Part shown: positions 1-8,542 of the stretch, one piece after another
Numbering within the stretch: the stretch's first letter is position 1
Layout of the letters: each line of letters starts with the position of its first letter
Source: Escherichia phage JS10
Direction: 5' to 3' (one strand)
Sequence record: EU863409
DNA: 64,000 nucleotides
The notes under the pieces: generated by a model
Database searches by the model: none
The model's input: the letters and a program-made list of their open reading frames with translations, nothing else
Told to the model about the DNA's origin: nothing
Made by a program: the position numbers and the translations under genes

Positions 1-68
1 GTTTTCAAAAGGTATTTGAATACTGAATCTTTATGCATAAGTCCTCCTACCACATCCGTGTGGTTAAA

Positions 69-296
69 TTATTTTCCTAACGAAATACGAGTAGGTTTTT
101 TGCCAAAGTATTCTTCATAAGAACCATCTAAACGACCTGCTTTAGACCGACAATATGAATCATACTTTTTGTAATAGGTCATCTCAGTATTATAACGTGG
201 ATGTCTATCAGCCATAATAATACTTAATGGCCAACCTTTGGCATACTCGCGAAGACCGTTTATTTTACGAATGTATCTTTTCTTTAATTTTAGCAT
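69..296 (-). CDS. hypothetical small basic protein (tentative ORF)
   Basis: 75-aa ORF in six-frame track; ATG overlaps last codons of upstream gene, no clear SD; weak support. Confidence 0.25.
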   Translation of the reverse strand: MLKLKKRYIRKINGLREYAKGWPLSIIMADRHPRYNTEMTYYKKYDSYCRSKAGRLDGSYEEYFGKKPTRISLGK

Positions 297-514
297 GAGC
301 TCGGGTACCAGATTTTACCATCGGAACGAGCAACGAAGGTGCGACCAGCTTCTTCGCCGTAACAAGAGCTATTCAGCCAATCTTCAAGACGAACTTCACC
401 ATCGTAATCGTCTAACTCAACACCAAAACTTTGAGCAGAAGCCATATCTTTTACTTTCTTATACAATGCAGCCAGTTCAAGAGCAGCTTTTTCTAATTCA
501 TTAATATCAGTCAT
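290..514 (-). CDS. small acidic protein, WxSSSxxC-tail paralog family member 1 of 5
   Basis: 74 aa; ends ...GKIWYPSSC; N-terminal helical region; last gene of tandem array; no recognisable homolog. Confidence 0.5.
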   Translation of the reverse strand: MTDINELEKAALELAALYKKVKDMASAQSFGVELDDYDGEVRLEDWLNSSCYGEEAGRTFVARSDGKIWYPSSC

Positions 515-526
515 TTTTTTTATTCC

Positions 527-736
527 TTAGCAAGACATAGAGGAGCTAAACCAGAAACCTTCACCATCTGGGATACCGTAATCATCACGGACCCATTCGT
601 AATCATCATATTCCGGACTAGAAGCCGGAATATATTCTTCGCCACCAGCGTGGAAGTGCTGACCTGTTTCGTCAGCCACGGACTGGCCTTTACGTACTAA
701 TTCACGGATTTGTTTTTCAATTTCATCAATAGTCAT
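527..736 (-). CDS. small acidic protein, WxSSSxxC-tail paralog family member 2 of 5
   Basis: 69 aa; ends ...GFWFSSSMSC; stop TGC-TAA fused to GGAAT SD of next gene. Confidence 0.55.
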   Translation of the reverse strand: MTIDEIEKQIRELVRKGQSVADETGQHFHAGGEEYIPASSPEYDDYEWVRDDYGIPDGEGFWFSSSMSC

Positions 737-745
737 TTTATTACC

Positions 746-943
746 TTAGCATTCGTAAGAGGAGGACACCCAAGAGGTACCACTAATAGTAATACAACCG
801 TTATAAAGCGTGATATGTCGTTCTAGGTCACGGACACCATCAATATAGATATCAGCTTCTTCGCGTTCTTCTTTACAAATTTGAATAACGTTTTCAATTG
901 CTGCAGCGGCAGTTCGGATTGCACAATCTAATTCACGAGACAT
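746..943 (-). CDS. small acidic protein, WxSSSxxC-tail paralog family member 3 of 5
   Basis: 65 aa; ends ...TSWVSSSYEC; same TGC-TAA-GG junction. Confidence 0.55.
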   Translation of the reverse strand: MSRELDCAIRTAAAAIENVIQICKEEREEADIYIDGVRDLERHITLYNGCITISGTSWVSSSYEC

Positions 944-952
944 AATATTTCC

Positions 953-1234
953 TTAACATTCAGAAGAAGAGGACACCCAACCACCATTTTCCAGGTCAGT
1001 TGTATAGTCATGAGTATTAACAATAGCCCATTCAGGATGACCATCTTCTTCCCAATGGGCAAGGTCAGCTTTCAAGGCACCAGGAGAATAATAGTCACCG
1101 CCCATACCGCGAGCAGGGTATATATTAAAATGAGTCTCATATTTGTCTGCAATTTCCTCGGCACGACGAATAGCTTCATGAATTTCTTTTACTGCGGCCA
1201 GAAGCTCTGGGTTGTTATGATTATCATTCATCAT
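953..1234 (-). CDS. small acidic protein, WxSSSxxC-tail paralog family member 4 of 5
   Basis: 93 aa; ends ...GGWVSSSSEC; same junction architecture. Confidence 0.55.
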   Translation of the reverse strand: MMNDNHNNPELLAAVKEIHEAIRRAEEIADKYETHFNIYPARGMGGDYYSPGALKADLAHWEEDGHPEWAIVNTHDYTTDLENGGWVSSSSEC

Positions 1235-1243
1235 AGCTTTTCC

Positions 1244-1534
1244 TTAGCACATTGCCGAAGAGGAGACCCAGGCACCAACTGTAACGACACCGTTTTCAAC
1301 TTCACCGCCATTGTTTTCAATTTCATCTTTAAACCACTGGGAGCATTCATAACCAACAGGGTAGTATGTACGTCCTGAGCCATAATCACCTGTTCCGAAT
1401 TGAATACCATACTTATCGGCAATAGCTTCACATTTGTGTTCGATGGTATCCACTTTATTCAGAAGAGCATAGATAGCCTTTTCTGCAGATTTCTCGTCGT
1501 TGTATTCAGGGATTTCAATTTCAATTTTATTCAT
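1244..1534 (-). CDS. small acidic protein, WxSSSxxC-tail paralog family member 5 of 5
   Basis: 96 aa; ends ...GAWVSSSAMC; ATG overlaps stop of upstream membrane-protein gene (ATGA). Confidence 0.55.
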   Translation of the reverse strand: MNKIEIEIPEYNDEKSAEKAIYALLNKVDTIEHKCEAIADKYGIQFGTGDYGSGRTYYPVGYECSQWFKDEIENNGGEVENGVVTVGAWVSSSAMC

Positions 1535-1908
1535 GATTTACATTCCTTAATAAAGGTTTCAAGGTCATTACGGTTGGTTTGTTTTACATACTCATTATAA
1601 TTAGCCATCTCTAAAGCATATCTCTTACGGATGGGGGCATTCAAAGCATTTGTATGGCAAATATCATACACGAGAGGGATAAAATAAGCCACGACAGCCG
1701 GAGCGATTATCATATAGAAACCCATCTCAATAGGCATGACTCCTTCGATTGCAGCCATAACTGTGGTCATTACCAGACCAACCAGACCGCCGAGCATACC
1801 GGTGACAATTCCCATAAATAAGGAAATAGCAATATCATATTCAGCCAATTGATAAACATGTGATGAAAGACTAGGCCGCTCCATTTTGAACCTCTTTAGC
1901 GTATTCAC
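1531..1908 (-). CDS. hypothetical membrane protein (2-3 predicted TM helices)
   Basis: Long hydrophobic stretches (GIVTGMLGGLVGLVMTTVMAAIEGV, MIIAPAVVAYFIPLV); start may be the internal Met at 1884. Confidence 0.45.
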   Translation of the reverse strand: MNTLKRFKMERPSLSSHVYQLAEYDIAISLFMGIVTGMLGGLVGLVMTTVMAAIEGVMPIEMGFYMIIAPAVVAYFIPLVYDICHTNALNAPIRKRYALEMANYNEYVKQTNRNDLETFIKECKS

Positions 1909-2413
1909 GGCATTCTTTAATAAAACGATTAAGTTTACGTTGCTGTTTACGACTCTCTGATGTGTATTCGTTGGCTAAAATAATAAGCTCATCTTTATCG
2001 TAGTTTTTGATATCCGAATAACTCGGACGGCGGTCGACCATACCAAATACATCCCCATTTTCTAGTGCCACATAACATACTAAATGATAATCATCATCTG
2101 CAACATTAATATGTACACAGTCAGTACTCTCGTTTAAAGAATATACTGAATATCTCACTCCAGCGAATTTAGCACTCTGTATACCCAATCCAAGGTCAAT
2201 AATTTCTAAAGCTTCTGCAAAAGAAAGGTCTTCAGCTAAAGCAAAGATAAAGGGTAATTTGGTAGTATATCCACGTCTACTTGTTCGACTTAAGAAATCA
2301 TTGGAATAACCTAGGTCTTGGCGAATTCTATAAAGAACAGTATTAGTTTCATGGGAAAGACCACTATGTTTAAACCAGTCTACATTTGATATAAGGTCGG
2401 TATATAAGCTCAT
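1871..2413 (-). CDS. hypothetical protein
   Basis: 180-aa ORF, same strand as neighbours; no recognisable motif. Confidence 0.45.
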   Translation of the reverse strand: MSLYTDLISNVDWFKHSGLSHETNTVLYRIRQDLGYSNDFLSRTSRRGYTTKLPFIFALAEDLSFAEALEIIDLGLGIQSAKFAGVRYSVYSLNESTDCVHINVADDDYHLVCYVALENGDVFGMVDRRPSYSDIKNYDKDELIILANEYTSESRKQQRKLNRFIKECREYAKEVQNGAA

Positions 2414-2426
2414 AATATTCTCCTCT

Positions 2427-2444
2427 CCTCCAAATAGGGAGACC
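2427..2444 (-). terminator. hairpin GGGAGAC-UUCG-GUCUCCC (minus-strand reading), putative terminator/processing site
   Basis: Perfect 7-bp GC-rich stem with UUCG loop after stop of 2462-3055 gene; same hairpin occurs at 40883-40900 on the other strand. Confidence 0.35.
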
Positions 2445-2461
2445 GAAGTCTCCCGGTAACA

Positions 2462-3055
2462 TTACTTAAGTGAATTAATGTAGTCGTCGATATCGGCAGA
2501 AGTCGTATCCATTCCAACTTGTGGGCCTTTAAACGTTTCTACACGTAGCAGGGTATCTTCAATATCAATCTTAGTCAGTGCAGCGATTTCAACCACATCA
2601 TCGGCAGTAGCAATACCAAGGGCAGCCATATTACGAGTTTCACGGATGTACTCGAGCTTAACAGCCAGTTCCTGACGAGAGTCATCAAGTTCCTTGACCT
2701 TCAGTTTAATTTCATTACGCATTTCGATATAATCGTCAGCTTTCTTACGAAGTTGAGTGGCTGTACGACGATAAAGGAGGCCGAGTTTAGCATGTACCTG
2801 AACATCGGCGCCTTCGGCAATCAGTTTACGAATTTCGCGTTCTTTAGAAGCAGCCAGTTGGTCTTTTTCATTTGCCAATGCACGAATGCGTTTTTCTTCA
2901 TTCACAGACTTAACATGAGCAGTCTGGAGTTCGGTAATTTTATCAATCAGGGTAGAAGCAGCTTTAGTATACTGGTCTTCGATTGACAGGTTCTGAGTCA
3001 TTGCGGTACCCAGTTTAGAACGGATGAACTCAACAATTTTCTTTAAAGTATTCAT
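2462..3055 (-). CDS. coiled-coil protein, possibly PspA/IM30-like
   Basis: About 198 aa from Met with SD GAAGGAAA; long charged heptad-like helical sequence; PspA resemblance is compositional only. Confidence 0.4.
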   Translation of the reverse strand: MNTLKKIVEFIRSKLGTAMTQNLSIEDQYTKAASTLIDKITELQTAHVKSVNEEKRIRALANEKDQLAASKEREIRKLIAEGADVQVHAKLGLLYRRTATQLRKKADDYIEMRNEIKLKVKELDDSRQELAVKLEYIRETRNMAALGIATADDVVEIAALTKIDIEDTLLRVETFKGPQVGMDTTSADIDDYINSLK

Positions 3056-3098
3056 AGTATTTCCTTCAGTCGGTTGGTATTTTGTAATCCATGAGGAC

Positions 3099-3128
3099 AT
3101 TATACCCTGTCCTCTGAGGGTTGTAAAC
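3099..3128 (-). promoter_or_regulatory. sigma70-type early promoter (GTTTACA-N17-TATAAT)
   Basis: Minus-strand GTTTACA and TATAAT 17 nt apart, directly upstream of 2462-3055 gene. Confidence 0.5.
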
Positions 3129-3132
3129 ATTT

Positions 3133-3546
3133 TTATTTCATTTTGGCGAGGCAGATTTCATTGGCTTCCCATTGAGCTTGCTTAATAATAGCTTTGGATA
3201 CAGGAACCTTTTGACCATAAGTTTTTGACGTTGAGAGAACAATATATTTGTTTGCCTCATTATGCCAACCTAGTGATTTTTCACCATGACTACCTTTAAC
3301 CACAGCTGACACCTCAACAGAGCAACCACCATCAGAAATCTTGGTTTCTACAATCCATTCATTTCTCTCGGCAGCTTCAATTTCCGATCTCCTTTTTTCT
3401 TCATACATGGCGGCCCAATCAGTTTTTGCCAAGCTGAAAGTAAGAGCTTTCTCTAATTCTTTGGCAGCTTTTTGTTGTTCAGGCGTTAATGAATTGTACA
3501 ACTCTTGCATTTCTTTATCTTCGATATTCATTATGCTCTCCTTCAC
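3133..3546 (-). CDS. hypothetical protein
   Basis: 137-aa ORF with upstream early-type promoter. Confidence 0.45.
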   Translation of the reverse strand: MKESIMNIEDKEMQELYNSLTPEQQKAAKELEKALTFSLAKTDWAAMYEEKRRSEIEAAERNEWIVETKISDGGCSVEVSAVVKGSHGEKSLGWHNEANKYIVLSTSKTYGQKVPVSKAIIKQAQWEANEICLAKMK

Positions 3547-3566
3547 TCCGTTGTTTTGATAGGTCT

Positions 3567-3595
3567 ATAGTATCATATTCTACGAAAGAGTAAAC
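3567..3595 (-). promoter_or_regulatory. early-type promoter GTTTAC-N17-TACTAT with conserved downstream element
   Basis: Minus strand GTTTAC...TACTATAGACCTATCAAAAC; copy of a recurring motif. Confidence 0.45.
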
Positions 3596-3619
3596 ATCTT
3601 TTTTAAACTTTTAGAAACA

Positions 3620-3646
3620 AAAAAGGCCCAACCTTTCGGAAGGGCC
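3620..3646 (-). terminator. rho-independent terminator, repeated element copy 1
   Basis: GGCCCAACCTTTCGGAAGGGCC hairpin followed by U-run on minus strand; 29-bp identical to copies at 4242-4269 and 51444-51471. Confidence 0.55.
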
Positions 3647-3651
3647 TCGAA

Positions 3652-4206
3652 TCAGTTCTTGTAGAACCGGAATGGGTTCACGTGGAAGGCTAACATAGCT
3701 TTAGGGATTTTACGAGACAAAAGGCTCTTAAGCTTCCAGCCACAGTAAACGCGAAGGTAAAATGTGATTCCGCCGACCTTAAGATAAGGAACTGAAGCAA
3801 ATACACCCCAGGCATCATCATTCCACATCCACAACCAACCATGGTGGGCTTTATCAGGAGAACCTGATTCTACGTCAGGATTACCACGATAATGGAATTC
3901 CGAGCTACAATCACGGCCTAGTTTATGATAAGCAAAGTTATAAGCTTTATTTCGCCATAGCCAAGCTACTCTCTGGAGATAAACACCGCCAGGCATTTTC
4001 CTGATTTTAGCCCAACGTTTAATATGACCTTTATCGCCGTCAATTGGATTATCGTATGTCATCATCCAATCAAAACCATATGGCAATTTACCAGTCTTTT
4101 TATTATGAAAAGGAACCACAAAAGGCGCAAGGATAACGGCTAGAACCATAGAGATAAAATCTAGTGGGACCAACAGAATCCAACTCAAATATTTTAAAAG
4201 TTTCAT
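3652..4206 (-). CDS. hypothetical membrane-anchored protein
   Basis: 184 aa with N-terminal hydrophobic segment; minus-strand TATAAATA 27 bp upstream. Confidence 0.5.
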   Translation of the reverse strand: MKLLKYLSWILLVPLDFISMVLAVILAPFVVPFHNKKTGKLPYGFDWMMTYDNPIDGDKGHIKRWAKIRKMPGGVYLQRVAWLWRNKAYNFAYHKLGRDCSSEFHYRGNPDVESGSPDKAHHGWLWMWNDDAWGVFASVPYLKVGGITFYLRVYCGWKLKSLLSRKIPKAMLAFHVNPFRFYKN

Positions 4207-4232
4207 ATTATTTCCTAAGTTAGTTTACTGTA

Positions 4233-4240
4233 TATTTATA
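4233..4240 (-). promoter_or_regulatory. late promoter box TATAAATA
   Basis: Exact T4 late-promoter octamer on minus strand upstream of gene starting at 4206. Confidence 0.5.
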
Positions 4241-4241
4241 C

Positions 4242-4269
4242 AAAAAAGGCCCAACCTTTCGGAAGGGCC
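4242..4269 (-). terminator. rho-independent terminator, repeated element copy 2 (after tRNA cluster)
   Basis: Same hairpin GGCCCAACCTTTCGGAAGGGCC with 6-nt U-run on minus strand. Confidence 0.55.
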
Positions 4270-4439
4270 TTTAACCTAGGGTAGCCTTGTCGGGGTTCCA
4301 CCTGCTAGGCAAGTGTTCTGTGCGCCGTTTCAGCTGTGAGATAAGGGACTTTAAGAGGAACTCATGTACTCCTTAAAGTCGGGTCTTATTCAGGGAACTT
4401 CAGTCCGACGACTTACCGGTAGCGACCCGGTTTCTTGTT

Positions 4440-4515
4440 TGGTCGAGACAGTAGGGATCGAACCTACGACCTACGGTTTAGAAGACCGTTGCTCTTCCTT
4501 CTGAGCTATGCCTCG
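4440..4515 (-). tRNA. tRNA-Arg (anticodon TCT)
   Basis: Manual cloverleaf: acceptor CGAGGCA/TGTCTCG, D-stem GCTC/GAGC, anticodon stem ACGGT/ACCGT with loop CTTCTAA, T-stem GTAGG/CCTAC, T-loop TTCGATC, encoded CCA; 76 nt. Confidence 0.85.
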
Positions 4516-4519
4516 TATT

Positions 4520-4594
4520 TGGCGGACATGCATGGATTCGAACCATGGACCAATTGATTAACAGTCAACTGCTCTACCACTGAGCTACACATCC
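4520..4594 (-). tRNA. tRNA-Asn (anticodon GTT)
   Basis: Manual cloverleaf: D-stem GCTC/GAGC, anticodon loop CTGTTAA, T-stem CATGG/CCATG, T-loop TTCGAAT, 3-prime GCCA; 75 nt. Confidence 0.85.
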
Positions 4595-4598
4595 AAAT

Positions 4599-4672
4599 TG
4601 GTGGCCCTGGGTGGAATCGAACCACCATCCAGCGATTATGAGTCGCTCGCTTGACCGTCCAGCTACAGGGCC
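4599..4672 (-). tRNA. tRNA-Met or tRNA-Ile2 (anticodon CAT)
   Basis: Manual cloverleaf: acceptor GGCCCTG/CAGGGCC, anticodon stem AGCGA/TCGCT with loop CTCATAA, T-stem GGTGG/CCACC, T-loop TTCGATT, ACCA end; 74 nt. Confidence 0.8.
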
Positions 4673-4677
4673 TTAAT

Positions 4678-4950
4678 TTAAATTACAAATCCAGCAGGAG
4701 CATTATCATCTTTAGCCATGTGCTGAATTGTATGATAAGTCATTTCTTCAGGAGCAACCAGATAAGCCGCAGCATTAACTAGTGGAATTATTTTTGGTTT
4801 AGCGAATGTGCTATCGGCAATTGCCATAAAGGGCTCGCCGTCGGTCTCAACTTCGCCAAATTGACATTCATATGAAATAGAACAACGTTTAGTAGTTGTT
4901 GTCTTGGTTTCTGGGTCATAAAAAGCTAATTTTAATACTAACATAAACAC
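4678..4950 (-). CDS. hypothetical protein
   Basis: 90-aa ORF upstream of tRNA cluster. Confidence 0.4.
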   Translation of the reverse strand: MFMLVLKLAFYDPETKTTTTKRCSISYECQFGEVETDGEPFMAIADSTFAKPKIIPLVNAAAYLVAPEEMTYHTIQHMAKDDNAPAGFVI

Positions 4951-5073
4951 CTCAAATAAAATTAAGTAAAGTAAGTTTGATTAATAGACCTTGTCTATTA
5001 TGAAAGGCTCTTTGAGGGAAGAACCTTTGGTAATAGAGGGTATTAATGATAGAGTAATAATATCACATAATTC

Positions 5074-5559
5074 TTAAAGCATATCAAGTGCTTTCACATC
5101 AGGGATTTTAATTTCTTCTTCAATAATATACAGCTTAACGTAAGAAATTACACGGATGAAATCACCATCATATTCACAAGCCATACCAAGGAGCTCAGTA
5201 AGGGCTTCATTCAAGTAGTATTCTTCCTCGTCGTCATTCAGCAAGGCTTCTAAGTCTTGGATACCGAGGGCCTTATCTAAAAATTCAGGGGTCAACTGGC
5301 CTGATTTTACACCCGATTCAATGTAGGCTATAACCAGATGCTTAACTACGTCCCATTCCGAATTACCACATTTATCCGGGTTGTTGCAATGCGAACCATG
5401 GAAAAGTTCTAGGATATATTTGTACTGTTGGATTTCATGTTCTTCTACGCCAAATACAGTCTGGGTTTTATAGTTATCGCCATCATTTTCCCAGGTTTCA
5501 ATTTCAATCACATAACCTTTAGGGATAGTTTGTCCGAATTTAATATTCATTGTGGCCAC
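5074..5559 (-). CDS. hypothetical protein
   Basis: 161-aa ORF; overlaps next gene start. Confidence 0.5.
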   Translation of the reverse strand: MATMNIKFGQTIPKGYVIEIETWENDGDNYKTQTVFGVEEHEIQQYKYILELFHGSHCNNPDKCGNSEWDVVKHLVIAYIESGVKSGQLTPEFLDKALGIQDLEALLNDDEEEYYLNEALTELLGMACEYDGDFIRVISYVKLYIIEEEIKIPDVKALDML

Positions 5560-5837
5560 ATATTAATATAATCAAGTTTAATAGAAGCAATCTTCAAAGG
5601 ATTTTTAAAGATGTCGTATTCGACCAATCCATTTTCAGTTGCAGTATAAAAAGTAAAGTTGACAGAATTATAGCGTTGGCTGTTAACTTTGAGTTTAACA
5701 TCGCTTGAACTACGGCCAATATTAACCTGTTGAACATCAAGCACAGCATCTTTGCCGTAATTTCGAATCAACAACTCGGCTGCAACCTGATCGGATTTAT
5801 AGCCATTCTCTGGATTAGTAACCTTAACGTATAACAT
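5547..5837 (-). CDS. hypothetical protein
   Basis: 96-aa ORF tightly packed with neighbours. Confidence 0.5.
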   Translation of the reverse strand: MLYVKVTNPENGYKSDQVAAELLIRNYGKDAVLDVQQVNIGRSSSDVKLKVNSQRYNSVNFTFYTATENGLVEYDIFKNPLKIASIKLDYINMWPQ

Positions 5838-6239
5838 TTAACCCTCGTCTACAATAGTGTGGGTATTGGCATTAACAATCTGCCACCAGCCAAAACGATT
5901 GGAACCGTAAAGAGGTTTATTCTCGTTTTCTTTAATGATATCGCGCAGTTCATCTTCAGAGAAGGCTTTAGCGATTAAATCAGTATACCCACCACGTGGA
6001 TAATAATTATCACCCGCAAACAAAAGGAAATTTACCTTTCCGGAAGGAACATATGCTTCCTTAGGATACTTGTTTCCTGCGTGGTCGACAACTTCAATAT
6101 AACGGTAAGGAATATCAGTTCTTTCAACCCATTGCCATGCTGCTGCAGGGGATTCAAAAGCATCTACACCTAAACGGTTATCTTCATCTTTAGACGGATT
6201 ATTTTCGTAATCCGCATATACATAATATTCAACGTTCAT
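5838..6239 (-). CDS. hypothetical protein
   Basis: 133-aa ORF; start overlaps upstream stop. Confidence 0.5.
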   Translation of the reverse strand: MNVEYYVYADYENNPSKDEDNRLGVDAFESPAAAWQWVERTDIPYRYIEVVDHAGNKYPKEAYVPSGKVNFLLFAGDNYYPRGGYTDLIAKAFSEDELRDIIKENENKPLYGSNRFGWWQIVNANTHTIVDEG

Positions 6240-6424
6240 TATTCACCTTTAGAGATTTTATCCATAACAAAAGAGATTGAACCAATTAAGAATGCCACTA
6301 CTAAAGAGATTGTATTCTCGGAAGTTGTAAGCAAATCCAACATGAATCCTGCAAACATACTAAAGCCAAAAGCAGTAACGGCGGCCAGTGCAGTAACATT
6401 TCTAATTAATTCACAACGTTTCAT
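6239..6424 (-). CDS. small hydrophobic membrane protein
   Basis: Track ORF starts at TTG; ATG at 6424 preceded by GGAGAATAAA SD; hydrophobic helix. Confidence 0.4.
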   Translation of the reverse strand: MKRCELIRNVTALAAVTAFGFSMFAGFMLDLLTTSENTISLVVAFLIGSISFVMDKISKGE

Positions 6425-6460
6425 TTTATTCTCCAATCACTCATTTGTTTTGATAGGGCT

Positions 6461-6490
6461 ATAGTATCATCACTAAAGCCCGTTGTAAAC
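6461..6490 (-). promoter_or_regulatory. early-type promoter GTTTACA-N18-TACTAT with conserved downstream element
   Basis: Minus strand GTTTACA...TACTATAGCCCTATCAAAAC upstream of 6239-6424. Confidence 0.45.
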
Positions 6491-6492
6491 AC

Positions 6493-6786
6493 TTATTTTG
6501 TAATTTCTTTGATTTTAGAAACTACTTTATCTTTGGTAAGACCGGAAAAAGTCTTATATTTTGTAAAGTGGATATCATCACCAAGATTAATATAATATTT
6601 CTTTTTAACCGTATTGAATGCTATACTAACAGGTTTACCATTTACTGTAATAGTAATTTGCTGAGCCTTATCAACATCACCTGAGCCAAAGGCTCTTTTA
6701 ATATCGCTACTAATATCGGCCATAGCCGCTTTGTTAATGGAATACAAATCTGTCGATTCTTTGATAAATTCTTGATAAGTTTTCAT
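6493..6786 (-). CDS. internal-protein-like head protein with capsid targeting sequence
   Basis: Starts MKTYQEFIKE, resembling the T4 IP N-terminal CTS MKTYQEFIAE; IKE motif compatible with gp21 cleavage. Confidence 0.6.
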   Translation of the reverse strand: MKTYQEFIKESTDLYSINKAAMADISSDIKRAFGSGDVDKAQQITITVNGKPVSIAFNTVKKKYYINLGDDIHFTKYKTFSGLTKDKVVSKIKEITK

Positions 6787-6836
6787 TTTTTTGTTTCCGT
6801 TAGGTTGGGTTTGTTTTGATAGGTCTATAGTATCAT

Positions 6837-6865
6837 GCCTATAGACCTTGTAAACATCTTTTTAA
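6837..6865 (-). promoter_or_regulatory. early-type promoter GTTTACA-N17-TACTAT with 10-bp inverted repeat
   Basis: Minus strand GTTTACA AGGTCTATAG gcatgata CTATAGACCT ATCAAAAC; perfect palindrome across the -10 region. Confidence 0.45.
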
Positions 6866-6866
6866 A

Positions 6867-7780
<914 letters not shown>

Positions 7781-7788
<8 letters not shown>

Positions 7789-8542
7789 TTTTATTTCCTA
7801 ATAATTTATCAATAGTGGTGTATAGTTCAGAAAGAGTGCCGTTATTTTCAACAACAACGTCACCAGGTAAAATTGGTAGACCCGCTTCAGTGATGTGCGA
7901 GTCTTGTACTTGACCGGTTTCAGCGCGAACTACATGAATAATCGTAGCACCCATCGCTCTGAGCGAATCAATTTCATGTGTTTGACGAACATCAGGTACG
8001 ACATAGTATTTCGCATCAGAGTATATTTTATCAAAATAGTCTAAAGCGAACAACTTAACCCAATACATCTTATCAAATTGGTTAACAATAATATCAGTCC
8101 CAAGGGTCTGCATGAGACGACGTACTGACCAATTGTTATTTTTATTTATTACTTCAAATAGCCGGTCTTTTGTTTCTTCAGACAGATACTGGACCGGGGT
8201 AAGACCATAATGATATGCGGTAAGAACGTCAATTCCTGGAATAGGAAGGATATTATTCAGTTTAACAATAGCATGTTCAAAAATATCAACCACATCATAT
8301 GGTTTTAAAGGAAGGATTTCTTCACGGTCGTAACCGATACCTTCAAAACAGTTAAAATCAAGTTTAGGCATATAGATACGGTCGAATACAGGGTCATCAG
8401 ATATGTATTCATAAGCTTCAGCCAGATACTTTTTAATAGGACCAGCGAGTTGGAATTTTACGGAATCCATATTCTCAATTACATAGTTAGCAACGGTATC
8501 CTTACCGCTACGTTTGATTCCTACAATTGATATTAGTTTCAT
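7781..8542 (-). CDS. 1: gp1 deoxynucleoside monophosphate kinase
   Basis: P-loop GIKRSGKDT and MKLISIVG... N-terminus resemble T4 gp1; gene order 57A-1-3. Confidence 0.85.

Noticed and set aside
1-38. Start of a minus-strand gene leaving the window on the left (AGGAGG SD plus ATG at 38)
   Set aside because: Only about 12 codons lie in the window; too little to call a feature.
4270-4440. Possible fourth tRNA beside tRNA-Arg
   Set aside because: Could not build a cloverleaf with a canonical T-loop and acceptor stem on either strand; kept as a structured-RNA finding instead.
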